Below, one piece after another: positions 9,047 to 18,139 of a DNA stretch of 64,000 nt (positions within the stretch are counted from its first letter, which is position 1; each line of letters begins with the position of its first letter). Origin of the DNA: Rhodospirillales bacterium (GTDB lineage Bacteria > Pseudomonadota > Alphaproteobacteria > Rhodospirillales > JASLLZ01). Made by a program: the position numbers and the translations under genes. The notes beneath the pieces were generated by a model. That model was not told where the DNA came from, ran no database searches, and worked only from the letters and a program-made list of their open reading frames with translations. The stretch is from NCBI GenBank assembly GCA_030754885.1, contig JASLZL010000106.1:1012-65011 (forward strand). The letters are read 5' to 3'.

Positions 9047-11118
9047 TGCGCCGCATTCCCGGATACGTCGCCAGCCTGACTGTGGCGTTTTTGCTGTTCG
9101 TCTTCATTGCCTATCCCATCGGTTCCGTTCTTGTCGAAAGTTTCTCCGTCGAAGGACCGATGACCGTCTTCGAGCTGCGCGCATTGACGCAAGACGCCCT
9201 CGACAAGTTGGAGACGGCAACCCGTGAGAAAACGGTCGGGCGGTGGTTAAAGCGGGCCAAGCCGCGCCCGCGCATGGAGGCTGAGGCGGCCGCCCTTGAG
9301 TTGATCGGCGAGACCGTGTCCTGGGATCGCAAGGCACCCTTCGACGAACAAATCGCGGCGGCAAAAACCGCGATTGCGGGTCTCACGGCCGAGAAGCGGG
9401 CCGACTTCGAGGCCCAGTACCCAATTGCCTATGTGATGCTGCATAAGCGCATCCCGCTGGCCTTTAAGATCAAGGATCGGATCTCGCCGGACGAATTCGA
9501 AAGCTTGCGCACGGGTGCCCATGCCGGCTACGGGCTCAAGCACTACCTGGATGTGGTCGTCGAGGACCGCCTTATCAACGCCTTCAAGAACAGCCTCCTT
9601 CTCGCCTTCACCTCGTGCTTCGCGACGACGGCCCTGGCCTTTATCCTGGCCTACGGCGTTAATCGAGGTGGTGTTCGGTGGCCCAACTTTGTGCGCTACG
9701 CGACCTTGGTGCCGCTGGTCTCGCCACCGGTTCTGATCGCCACTGCAGCCATCCTTCTGTTCGGCCGCAACGGCGCCTTCACCCACGGCATCCTTGAAGA
9801 GCAGCTGCACTGGATCGATGCCGGCGTCACCAATTTGTACGGCTTCAGCGGCGTCGTCGTGGCCCAGATCCTGAGCTTTCTTCCGCCGGCCTTTATCATC
9901 ATGGACAACGTGCTTTCCAAGCACGATGGTCGGGTCGAGGAGGCGGCGGCAAGCCAAGGCGCGTCACCGGGGCAGGTATTCACCCGGGTCACACTTCCTC
10001 TCGCCCAGCCGGGCATCATCAAGACCGTGATCCTCAGTTTCATCCTGTCGATGACCGATTTCGGCAACCCATTGGTCATCGGCCGCGACATTCCCGTCCT
10101 TGCCGGCGTTCTCTACGACGAAATTATCGGCTTTCAGAACACCGAGTTGTCGGCGGCGTTGGCCATGTGGATGATCGTCCCGGCGTTGTCGATCTATTTC
10201 CTGCTTGAGGGCATCGGCCGGCGTAAGCGCTTCCATACCGGTAGCGCCACCGGCGGGCCGCCCGAACTGCCGGTGCCGGCTCCGGCACGCGCCCTGATCA
10301 CCACGGTGGCCGGGGCCAACATCGGACTGATCGTCCTTCTTTATGGCGCTATCGTCGCTGGATCGTTTGTCAGGATATGGGGCATCGACAACACCTTCAC
10401 CACGGCCTGGTATACCGCCGAGGAGGTGAGCGCGGCTTTCACGTCCGAATGGATCGGAGTCGAGGTGGTGTGGAAAAGCTTAGTAGTGGCGTTCATCGGC
10501 GGACCCATCGGCGGCTTTCTGGCAATGGTCGTCGCCTACCTGGTGGAGCGGGTGCGCCCGGCGGGCGCCAACCTGATAAGCTTTATTGCGCTGCTGCCCG
10601 CCATCCTGCCCGGCGTCATCTTCGGCATTGGCTACATCGTCGCCTTCAACTTGCCGTTTGGGCAGAAGGAGCTGGCCTTGACGGGCACGCAGTCCATCCT
10701 CGTTCTCAATTTGATGTTCGGCCATATCTATGTCGGCGTACTTGTCGGTCGCGCCGTACTGCAAAGGCTCGATGCCTCGGTCGATGAGGCGGCCGAGATT
10801 CTGGGCGCCACCTTAACCCAACGCTTCACTCGGGTGGTGCTGCCGATGATGCGTCACGCGGCACTCCTCGGCATGCTCTATGTGTTCGTCGAAACCATGA
10901 CCAGTCTCTCGGCCATCGTTTTCTTGGTCAGCCCTGGCAACGAACTCGCCGCCGTGGCGATCTTCGATACGGCGTCGAAGAACCACTACGGAGTCGCCTG
11001 TGCCATGAGCGTCACCATGCTGCTCATTGTCTTCGCCGTCATGGGGAGCATGTGGTGGATGGAGCGCCATGGGCCGGCTTGGGCGCGCCTTGGCGCCAGA
11101 GCGGCGGGCCGCACCTGA
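9046..11118 (+). CDS. ABC transporter permease, fused two-domain (FbpB/ThiP-like) with an enlarged loop after TM1
   Basis: 690 aa. Two BPD-transport-like halves (12+ hydrophobic helices). A ~150-aa hydrophilic insertion lies between TM1 (aa 8-30) and the next helix (aa ~183). Confidence 0.85.
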   Translation: MRRIPGYVASLTVAFLLFVFIAYPIGSVLVESFSVEGPMTVFELRALTQDALDKLETATREKTVGRWLKRAKPRPRMEAEAAALELIGETVSWDRKAPFDEQIAAAKTAIAGLTAEKRADFEAQYPIAYVMLHKRIPLAFKIKDRISPDEFESLRTGAHAGYGLKHYLDVVVEDRLINAFKNSLLLAFTSCFATTALAFILAYGVNRGGVRWPNFVRYATLVPLVSPPVLIATAAILLFGRNGAFTHGILEEQLHWIDAGVTNLYGFSGVVVAQILSFLPPAFIIMDNVLSKHDGRVEEAAASQGASPGQVFTRVTLPLAQPGIIKTVILSFILSMTDFGNPLVIGRDIPVLAGVLYDEIIGFQNTELSAALAMWMIVPALSIYFLLEGIGRRKRFHTGSATGGPPELPVPAPARALITTVAGANIGLIVLLYGAIVAGSFVRIWGIDNTFTTAWYTAEEVSAAFTSEWIGVEVVWKSLVVAFIGGPIGGFLAMVVAYLVERVRPAGANLISFIALLPAILPGVIFGIGYIVAFNLPFGQKELALTGTQSILVLNLMFGHIYVGVLVGRAVLQRLDASVDEAAEILGATLTQRFTRVVLPMMRHAALLGMLYVFVETMTSLSAIVFLVSPGNELAAVAIFDTASKNHYGVACAMSVTMLLIVFAVMGSMWWMERHGPAWARLGARAAGRT

Positions 11119-11142
11119 CAATTTCAATCAATGGAGAACGCG

Positions 11143-12006
11143 ATGACTAAACCACGGGTTTTTACCTGCACCTGGACGTTGCTTCCGGTAATGGACGAAA
11201 TTGAGGCGGCGCGCTTTACCGCCCGCGAGGGATTCGCGGGAATGGAAATCCAATGCAATCCCCTGGGCCTGTGGCCGACCACGGCGTCGCGGTCCACCAT
11301 CGACGAACTGATCGCCATCGGCGATGGCGAGGGAATCGAATACACGTTCTATCCCTCCGGCCTTCTTAATCCGGCGACCGATTTGCCCGAGGAACGCGCC
11401 CGCAACCAAGAGTTCCTCAAGCACTCCATCGACTTGGCCCAGCGGTTAGGCAGCCCCGTGCTTTGCATCCACCCCGGCGTGGCGGAGGAACTGTTCAGCC
11501 TTGAGCGCAAGGGCGTACCTTTTGAAAGCGATCGGTTCGACCGCCAGCGTCTGTTGGCCGACGCGCGCGCCCGCGCCGTCGAGGCGATCGCAGAATGGGC
11601 CGACGCGGCGGCTCAGGCCAATCTCATCATCCCCGTGGAAAACGAAGGCCATGTGCACCACACGGTCGCCCCGACCGCGACCCTGGTACGCGAGATGGTG
11701 GAGGCAACCGGGCGCGACAACGTCAAGGTCAACCTGGACACCGGCCACGCCTTTATCAACGAGGGCCTGAAGGAGGAATTCACCGTACTCCGCGACCGCA
11801 TAGTCCATGTCCACCTCAATGACGGACGAAAGATGGGGGTCAGCGAACACCTGTCCCTAGGCGAGGGCATAGCCGACTTTTCGCCGATGGCCGAATTCAT
11901 GAACACCTTTGGCGGCGCCCTGGTGCTTGAAATTTATGCCCCCGAGCGCCCCGTCGAGGCAATGCTGGAAAGCCGCGACTTCATTCTTGGCGTGGCAGCC
12001 CAATAG
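11143..12006 (+). CDS. Sugar phosphate isomerase/epimerase (xylose-isomerase-like TIM barrel), paralog 1
   Basis: ATG at 11143 (MTKPRVFTCTWTL) follows GGAGA and aligns with the paralog-2 N-terminus. VENEGHVHH...NLDTGHAF...HVHLNDG metal-ligand pattern of the AP_endonuc_2 fold. Confidence 0.8.
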   Translation: MTKPRVFTCTWTLLPVMDEIEAARFTAREGFAGMEIQCNPLGLWPTTASRSTIDELIAIGDGEGIEYTFYPSGLLNPATDLPEERARNQEFLKHSIDLAQRLGSPVLCIHPGVAEELFSLERKGVPFESDRFDRQRLLADARARAVEAIAEWADAAAQANLIIPVENEGHVHHTVAPTATLVREMVEATGRDNVKVNLDTGHAFINEGLKEEFTVLRDRIVHVHLNDGRKMGVSEHLSLGEGIADFSPMAEFMNTFGGALVLEIYAPERPVEAMLESRDFILGVAAQ

Positions 12007-12027
12007 GAAACGGAGCGAGCGCAGACC

Positions 12028-12894
12028 ATGACCGAGCCCCGTATCTTCACTTGCAACTGGACCTTGTTTCCGATCATGGACACGGTGGCGGCAGCGCGCC
12101 TCAGTGCCCGTGAGGGTTTCGCCGGGATCGAGTTGGAGTGCGACCCTCTCGGTTTTTGGCCGACCACCATCGCGGCGGCGACGGTTGCCGAACTGGCCGC
12201 CATCGGCGAGGGGGAGGGTTTGGCCTACACCGTGCATGCACCGGACGACCTCAACCCGGCCACCGCGCTGCCCGACCAACGCACGCGCGATGATGAGATT
12301 TTCAAGAGCCTGGTGGACCTGGCTCAACGTCTCAAAAGTCCGGTTGTCGGTATTCATCCCGGTGTCGTCGAGGGGCTGTTCGGCCTTGAGCGCAAGGGTG
12401 TGCCGTTCGCGACCGAGCGCTTCGACCGCGATGAATTGGCGCGCGACGCCCGCATGCGCGCCGTCGAGACCTATGTCCGCTGGGCCGGTCTGACAGCCGA
12501 GGCGGGGTTGACCCTGACCATCGAGAACGAGGTCCACGTGCACCACAGCGCCGCCCCCACGGCAGAGGTTTTGGCTGACCTGGTCGAGGCGACGGGACGC
12601 GACGACATTAAGGTCAATCTGGACACGGGCCATGCCTTTATCGGCGCCGGCTTGGCAGAGGAGTTCGCGGTACTCCGCGACCGCATCGTCCATATCCACC
12701 TCAACGACGGCCGAGCCAAGGGTGTCAGCGAACACCTGCCCCTGGGTGAGGGCGTGGCGGACTTCGCGCCGCTGGCTTCCTTTATGAACGACTTTGAAGG
12801 CGCGCTCGTGCTTGAGATATACGCGCCCAATCGGCCACTGGAGGCGCTTCTGGAGAGCCGCGACCACCTGAAGGGCATCCTGGCCGCCGCTTGA
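12028..12894 (+). CDS. Sugar phosphate isomerase/epimerase (xylose-isomerase-like TIM barrel), paralog 2
   Basis: 288 aa. MTEPRIFTCNWTL...IENEVHVHH...NLDTGHAF...HIHLNDG. Colinear with paralog 1 over its full length. Confidence 0.8.
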   Translation: MTEPRIFTCNWTLFPIMDTVAAARLSAREGFAGIELECDPLGFWPTTIAAATVAELAAIGEGEGLAYTVHAPDDLNPATALPDQRTRDDEIFKSLVDLAQRLKSPVVGIHPGVVEGLFGLERKGVPFATERFDRDELARDARMRAVETYVRWAGLTAEAGLTLTIENEVHVHHSAAPTAEVLADLVEATGRDDIKVNLDTGHAFIGAGLAEEFAVLRDRIVHIHLNDGRAKGVSEHLPLGEGVADFAPLASFMNDFEGALVLEIYAPNRPLEALLESRDHLKGILAAA

Positions 12895-12947
12895 CGCTTG
12901 ACCAAGCTTTTAGGCACAGTCAAGTCGATGCGACAGAGGGAAGCCCC

Positions 12948-13709
12948 ATGCTGGCCGAACAGCGGCGCAACGTGATTCTGGAGATTGTGGCGGAGCGGGG
13001 CTCGGTCTCGGTGAACGAGCTATTTCGCCGTCTTGCCGTGTCCCATGAAACCATCCGCCGCGATATCACGCGACTGGCCCGCGAAAATCGGTTGCGCAAG
13101 ACCCATGGCGGAGCGCTTTCAGTGAATTCGGTGGAACCCGCCTTCACCGAGCGCATGGGGGTCAATATCGAGGGCAAGCGGGCGATCGGACGGTTGGCCG
13201 CCGGCCTGGTTCCCGACGGTGCCTCGGTGATCATCGATTCTGGCACTTCGACCCTTTGCCTGGCCGAGGCCTTGAAATCCCACCGCCGTTTGACCGTCTA
13301 TACCAACGATATCCACGTTGCCGGGCGTCTGGCGGCGCGCAATGACAACCAGGTATTGCTTCTCGGCGGCGAAATTCAGGGGACCGAGGGAGCGACCATG
13401 GGCCGCGACACAACGGCCATGCTGGACAACTACTTCACCGACTTTTCCTTCATCGGCGTCGGGGCGCTAACGGCGCGGCCGTCGTTGATGGACTATTCCC
13501 GCGAGGCGGCCGAATTGCGCGCTCGCATGATTGTCTCGGCGCGCCAAGGTGTCCTTCTCGCCGAGCACACCAAGTTCAACCGTACAGCCCCCGTGCGTGT
13601 CGCCAACCTGGAAAAGGCCAGTCATTTGGTGGTTGATCGCAAACCCAAAGGCGCCCTTGAAAAAGCGCTTCGGTCCCTGGACGCCGAACTTCTGGTGACC
13701 GACGAGTAA
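12948..13709 (+). CDS. DeoR family transcriptional regulator
   Basis: ATG at 12948 preceded by AGAGGGAAG. HTH region RRNVILEIVAERGSVSVNELFRRLAVSHETIRRDITRL followed by a DeoR-C sensor domain (VIIDSGTSTL...). Confidence 0.85.
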   Translation: MLAEQRRNVILEIVAERGSVSVNELFRRLAVSHETIRRDITRLARENRLRKTHGGALSVNSVEPAFTERMGVNIEGKRAIGRLAAGLVPDGASVIIDSGTSTLCLAEALKSHRRLTVYTNDIHVAGRLAARNDNQVLLLGGEIQGTEGATMGRDTTAMLDNYFTDFSFIGVGALTARPSLMDYSREAAELRARMIVSARQGVLLAEHTKFNRTAPVRVANLEKASHLVVDRKPKGALEKALRSLDAELLVTDE

Positions 13710-13714
13710 TCCCC

Positions 13715-14425
13715 TCAACCGGCGGAAACGACTTGGCCGTTGCGCGTCTCGCCGGGCGACGCCAGGTCAACGAAAACCTGAGCTATATCTTCGGGCGGCT
13801 TGAGGGTCATCGGGTCCTCGCCGGGAAAGGCCTCGGCGCGCATGGCCGTGCGGATGACGCCGGGGTCGACCAGATTGACGCGAACCGCCGTCTTAGCAAC
13901 CTCGGCGGCGTAGATTTTAACCATGACCTCAAGCGCCGCCTTGGTTGTCGCGTAGGCACCCCAATAGGGGACGGCGCCGTGGGCCGCGCCCGAGGTAACG
14001 AAAAGGGCACGCCCGGCTTCGGACTGGCGCAGCAGGGGATCGAAACTGCGAATAAGGCGCCAATTGGCGGTAAGATTCAGCGCCACGGTCTGTTCCCAAA
14101 GTGCCGGATCGGTATGGCCCAGGGGACCGAGTATGCCCAGCATGGCGGCATTGCCGACCAAGATGTCGAGGCGTCCATAACGCTGGAAGACAGCGGCCCC
14201 CATCTCGTCGATCTTGGAATAATCGATGAGGTCGGTAGGAACCAATGTAGCGTGGCCGCCGAGCGCCTGGATCTCGTCGTCCAACTCTTCCAAGGCGCCT
14301 TGGGTGCGAGCGATTAAAATCAGGTGCGCGCCTTCTTCGGCGAAGCGCTTCGCTACGGCGCGCCCGATGCCCCGTGATGCCCCTGTAACAAGTGCTACGC
14401 GCCCATCCAGTTTTCCGCCGGACAT
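13715..14425 (-). CDS. SDR family oxidoreductase
   Basis: Track ORF extends to 14695 into purF. ATG at 14425 (MSGGKLDGRVALVTGASRGIGRAV). TGxxxGxG and YATTK (YxxxK) motifs. The purF stop lies 2 nt upstream. Confidence 0.85.
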   Translation of the reverse strand: MSGGKLDGRVALVTGASRGIGRAVAKRFAEEGAHLILIARTQGALEELDDEIQALGGHATLVPTDLIDYSKIDEMGAAVFQRYGRLDILVGNAAMLGILGPLGHTDPALWEQTVALNLTANWRLIRSFDPLLRQSEAGRALFVTSGAAHGAVPYWGAYATTKAALEVMVKIYAAEVAKTAVRVNLVDPGVIRTAMRAEAFPGEDPMTLKPPEDIAQVFVDLASPGETRNGQVVSAG

Positions 14426-14427
14426 GG

Positions 14428-15882
14428 TTACCCTTGGTCGGCAAGCAGCGAGAGCTGCATACTTTGCGGCCCGCCGTCGCGATCCGTCAGGGGGACCGGA
14501 TACTCGCCGGTGAAACAGGCATCGCAGAACTGTGGTGTCTTTGCGTCCCGCGGTGTCCCGCTGACGGCGCGGTAGAGGCCGTCGGTGGAAATGAAGGCCA
14601 GAGAATCGACGCCGATGTGCCGCGCCATGGCCTCGATATCGTAGCTTGATGCCAAGAGTTCTTTGGTTTCCGGGGTATCGATGCCGTAGAAGCACGAGTG
14701 CGCCGTCGGTGGGCTGGAAATTCGCAGGTGAACCTCACTGGCGCCGGCGCCGCGCACCATTTCGACGATCTTCAAGGACGTGGTGCCGCGGACGATGGAA
14801 TCGTCGACCAGCACAACCCGCTTGTCCTTGAACTTGGCCGCGTTGGCGTTGTGCTTGAGCTTAACGCCAAGGTGGCGGATCTGGTCCGAGGGCTCGATGA
14901 AGGTGCGTCCCACATAGTGGTTGCGGATGATGCCAAGCTCGAACGGCACTCCCGCTTCCTCGGCGAAGCCGAGGCCGGCGGGAACCCCGGAATCGGGCAC
15001 CGGCACAACCATGTCCACGGGCACCGGACTCTCGCGCGCCAACTCGGCACCGATGCGCTTGCGCACGTCGTAGACGTTCTTTCCTTCAACCGTGCTGTCG
15101 GGGCGGGAGAAATAAATGTATTCGAAGATGCAAAAGCGCGCCGGTGTCGGAATGAAGGGCTTGATTGAGTGCAGGCCGTCCGCATTGATGACGACAACCT
15201 CACCCGGTTCCACGTCGCGCTCAAACTCGGCGCCGATGATATCGAGGGCGCAGGATTCCGAGGCCAGGATGAAAGCGTCGCCCAATCGGCCCAAGACCAA
15301 TGGCCTTATGCCAAGCGGATCGCGGACCCCGATCAAGGCCTCTTCGGTCAGGGCAACCACGGCATAGGCGCCTTCGACCTGCTTCAAGGCATCGACCATT
15401 CGGTCGACCACGGTGGAATAGAGGCTGGTGGCGATGAGGTGGATGATAACCTCGGTATCCATGGTGGACTGAAAGATACAGCCCCGCTTGACGAGGTTTT
15501 TGCGCACGCTAAAGGCGTTGGTCAGGTTGCCGTTATGGGCGATCGCCAGACCGCCGAATTCGAACTCGGCGAACAGGGGCTGGACGTTGCGCAAGATGGT
15601 GCCACCGGTCGTCGAATAGCGGTTGTGGCCGATGGCCAGGGCGCCGGGCAGCCAACCAATGACTTGCTCGGAGCCGAAGTTGTCGCCGACCAAGCCGATC
15701 GCCCGGTGATGATGGAATTGTTCACCGTCGAAGGTGACGATGCCCGCGGCTTCCTGGCCTCGGTGTTGCAGGGCGTGCAGGCCGAGTGCCGTGTGGGCGG
15801 CGGCGTCGGGAAGCCCGTGAATGCCGAAGACTCCGCATTCTTCGTGTAGATGGTCGTCGTCGCAGAGATGGGTCGTCTTCAT
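14428..15882 (-). CDS. purF: Amidophosphoribosyltransferase
   Basis: 484 aa. Propeptide then CGVFGI (N-terminal nucleophile Cys). PRTase motif VVLVDDSIVRGTT. C-terminal Fe-S cysteines. Confidence 0.95.
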   Translation of the reverse strand: MKTTHLCDDDHLHEECGVFGIHGLPDAAAHTALGLHALQHRGQEAAGIVTFDGEQFHHHRAIGLVGDNFGSEQVIGWLPGALAIGHNRYSTTGGTILRNVQPLFAEFEFGGLAIAHNGNLTNAFSVRKNLVKRGCIFQSTMDTEVIIHLIATSLYSTVVDRMVDALKQVEGAYAVVALTEEALIGVRDPLGIRPLVLGRLGDAFILASESCALDIIGAEFERDVEPGEVVVINADGLHSIKPFIPTPARFCIFEYIYFSRPDSTVEGKNVYDVRKRIGAELARESPVPVDMVVPVPDSGVPAGLGFAEEAGVPFELGIIRNHYVGRTFIEPSDQIRHLGVKLKHNANAAKFKDKRVVLVDDSIVRGTTSLKIVEMVRGAGASEVHLRISSPPTAHSCFYGIDTPETKELLASSYDIEAMARHIGVDSLAFISTDGLYRAVSGTPRDAKTPQFCDACFTGEYPVPLTDRDGGPQSMQLSLLADQG

Positions 15883-15893
15883 GGATTTCCTTT

Positions 15894-16565
15894 TTACCGG
15901 CTGTTCTGAATCAGACGCTCCATATCCGTGCGTTCCTTGCTGTCGTATCCGGGCGTGCCCTCGGTTTTGCCGCTTTTTGGATCCGGTGTAAGCATGTCGC
16001 GGAGAATCTTCTCGGGATCAAGCGCCTTTAGCGCTTTATCTTCCGCCTCTTTGGCGGATTCGGCGCCGGCCTCGGCGACGTCCCCGGGCACCAGGGCCTC
16101 CAAAAGGTCCGCTCCGGCCTCGACCAACGGCATAACGCGGGCCGTGCGCAGCCATTCGGGCTGTTCCTTGGGTGGTGCCATCCATTCGACGGCGATATAG
16201 GCCAGGCAGACCAGGACGGCACCGCGCAGCACTCCGAACAAAAAGCCGAGTGAGCGGTCCAAAACGTTCAAGGCGCTTTGCTGGACCCGCCTGGAGACGA
16301 ACCCTGTGACAAAAGCAAAGATGGCAAGACTGGCGATAAAGAGGACGACGCCTGACACGAAGTCGGCGGCAAATTCCATGGTAATCAGTTCGCGCATGTA
16401 AGGCTTAAGATACGGGTAGCCATGGATGGTGCCGAAGATGGCGCCGATCCAGCTTGCCACCGCCAGGACCTCGTGGACGAAGCCCCGTCCCCAGGCAATG
16501 AGCGCCGAGATCAAAAGCACCACGCCGACGGCGATATCGACGCCGTTGATTGCCATCTCATCCAT
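15894..16565 (-). CDS. cvpA: CvpA family (colicin V production) membrane protein
   Basis: Track ORF extends into radA. ATG at 16565 (MDEMAINGVDIAVGVVLLISALIAWGRGFVHEVL); an alternative ATG is at 16556. Four TM helices plus a charged C-terminal tail. Classical cvpA-purF pairing. Confidence 0.85.
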   Translation of the reverse strand: MDEMAINGVDIAVGVVLLISALIAWGRGFVHEVLAVASWIGAIFGTIHGYPYLKPYMRELITMEFAADFVSGVVLFIASLAIFAFVTGFVSRRVQQSALNVLDRSLGFLFGVLRGAVLVCLAYIAVEWMAPPKEQPEWLRTARVMPLVEAGADLLEALVPGDVAEAGAESAKEAEDKALKALDPEKILRDMLTPDPKSGKTEGTPGYDSKERTDMERLIQNSR

Positions 16566-17949
16566 GGCGCCGGCCCTGGGCAAGCCGTGGCGGCGGCGGA
16601 AACAGGCGTACCAAATCTGCAAGGTGATCGACGGCCTGGACTTCCAGGCTTTGGCTGCCTCCCCCCTTGGCCCCCCGCTTGGGCATGATGGCGCGGGTGA
16701 AGCCCAGTTTGGATGCCTCCTTGAGGCGGTTATCGGTGTGGGCCACCGCCCTTGCTTCGCCGGACAGGCCGATCTCCCCGAAGACAACGGTTTGCGAAGG
16801 GCAAGGGGTGCCGCTAAACGATGACGCCAGGGCCGCGGCCACCGCCAAGTCCGCTGCCGGCTCGGTGATGCGCAGTCCCCCCGCGACGTTGAGATAGACG
16901 TCATTGCCGGCCAGCGCCAAGCCGCAGCGTGCCTCCAGAACGGCCAAAATCATGGCCAGGCGGGCTGAGTCCCAGCCGACCACGGCGCGCCGCGGCGTCG
17001 CCAGCGCTGACGGTGCCACCAGGGCCTGGATTTCCACCAGCAGCGGTCGGCTGCCCTCGATGCCGGCGAAGACGCAGGCGCCGCTGACCTCGCCCTGGCG
17101 GTCGGACAGAAATAGCGCAGATGGGTTGGCAACTTCTTTTAAGCCGGCGCCGGTCATCTCGAAGACGCCGATTTCATCGGTCGGCCCGAAGCGGTTCTTG
17201 ACGGCGCGCATGATGCGGAACTGGTGGCTGCGCTCGCCCTCGAAGTAGAGCACTGTGTCGACCATGTGCTCAAGCACCCGGGGACCGGCGATCAGACCTT
17301 CCTTGGTCACATGGCCGACCAGCAGCACGGTAAAGCCGCGCCGCTTGGCCAGCCTGATCAGTTCCTGGGCCGAGGCGCGTACCTGAGTCACGGTGCCGGG
17401 TGCCGAATCGAGGCTGTCGACGAACATGGTCTGGATGGAATCGATGATCACGATGTCGGGCGCATCTTTGCCGTCTAGGGAGGCGACGATGTCGCGCACA
17501 TTGGTGACGGCGGCAAGCTTGATCGGCGCTTGGCTCAGTCCCAGGCGCTCGGCGCGCAGCCTTACCTGGTCGATGGCCTCCTCGCCTGAGATGTAGAGGC
17601 ATTGGAAGCGGTCCGCCAGGGCCGCGCAGACCTGCAACAGCACGGTCGATTTTCCGATGCCCGGGTCGCCGCCGACCAAGAGACCAGAGGCCGCCACCAT
17701 GCCGCCGCCGCATACCCGGTCGAACTCCTTTATGCCGCTGATGCGGCGCGCCGGCGTCTCGCTTGATCCCTCAAGGCCGACAAGGGTGATCTTGCGCCCG
17801 CGCTTAGGCCCCAGACCGCGCGGCGCCGTTTCCGCCGGCGCCTCCTCGACAAGCGTGTTCCAGGCACCGCAGGCTTCGCAGCGGCCGACCCATTTCGGGT
17901 GCGCACCGCCGCACTCCTGGCATATGTATGAGGACGTTTTACGGGCCAA
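16558..17949 (-). CDS. radA: DNA repair protein RadA
   Basis: 463 aa. Zinc finger CQECGGAHPKWVGRCEACGAW, Walker A GDPGIGKST, KNRFG motif, Lon-like C-terminal domain. Confidence 0.95.
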   Translation of the reverse strand: MARKTSSYICQECGGAHPKWVGRCEACGAWNTLVEEAPAETAPRGLGPKRGRKITLVGLEGSSETPARRISGIKEFDRVCGGGMVAASGLLVGGDPGIGKSTVLLQVCAALADRFQCLYISGEEAIDQVRLRAERLGLSQAPIKLAAVTNVRDIVASLDGKDAPDIVIIDSIQTMFVDSLDSAPGTVTQVRASAQELIRLAKRRGFTVLLVGHVTKEGLIAGPRVLEHMVDTVLYFEGERSHQFRIMRAVKNRFGPTDEIGVFEMTGAGLKEVANPSALFLSDRQGEVSGACVFAGIEGSRPLLVEIQALVAPSALATPRRAVVGWDSARLAMILAVLEARCGLALAGNDVYLNVAGGLRITEPAADLAVAAALASSFSGTPCPSQTVVFGEIGLSGEARAVAHTDNRLKEASKLGFTRAIMPKRGAKGGGSQSLEVQAVDHLADLVRLFPPPPRLAQGRRHG

Positions 17950-18139
17950 CGAAGGAGACCCTCCGTTACAGGCTCGGCACGATCACGCCCGAACCGCCAT
18001 TTGGATGGGGCCCTCGGCGCGGCCGGGTGCAAAGGGAGAACCCGTGCCCGGTGAAATGTGCCAAACGTCCGGCGGTGGCGAGAAAGACCAGGAAGAAGCG
18101 GCCGATCGGTTGTAGGACTTTCATCGGGCTTCGGCGTCC

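Noticed and set aside
13715-14695. 5' extensions of track ORFs that run into the upstream gene (13715-14695, 15894-16904, 18140-19405, 23464-24783, 24710-25429, 5284-6615, 41647-43158)
   Set aside because: The extended N-termini are low-complexity Arg/Pro-rich and overlap well-supported genes (purF, radA, dnaB, rpsR and others). Internal ATG/GTG starts give canonical N-termini and family-typical lengths.
17965-18123. 52-codon minus-strand ORF (MKVLQPIGRFFLVFLATAGRLAHFTGHGFSLCTRPRRGPHPNGGSGVIVPSL) in the alr-radA spacer
   Set aside because: It has no convincing RBS, family motif or conservation evidence available to me. It is short enough to arise by chance. It could be a small membrane peptide but is unsupported.
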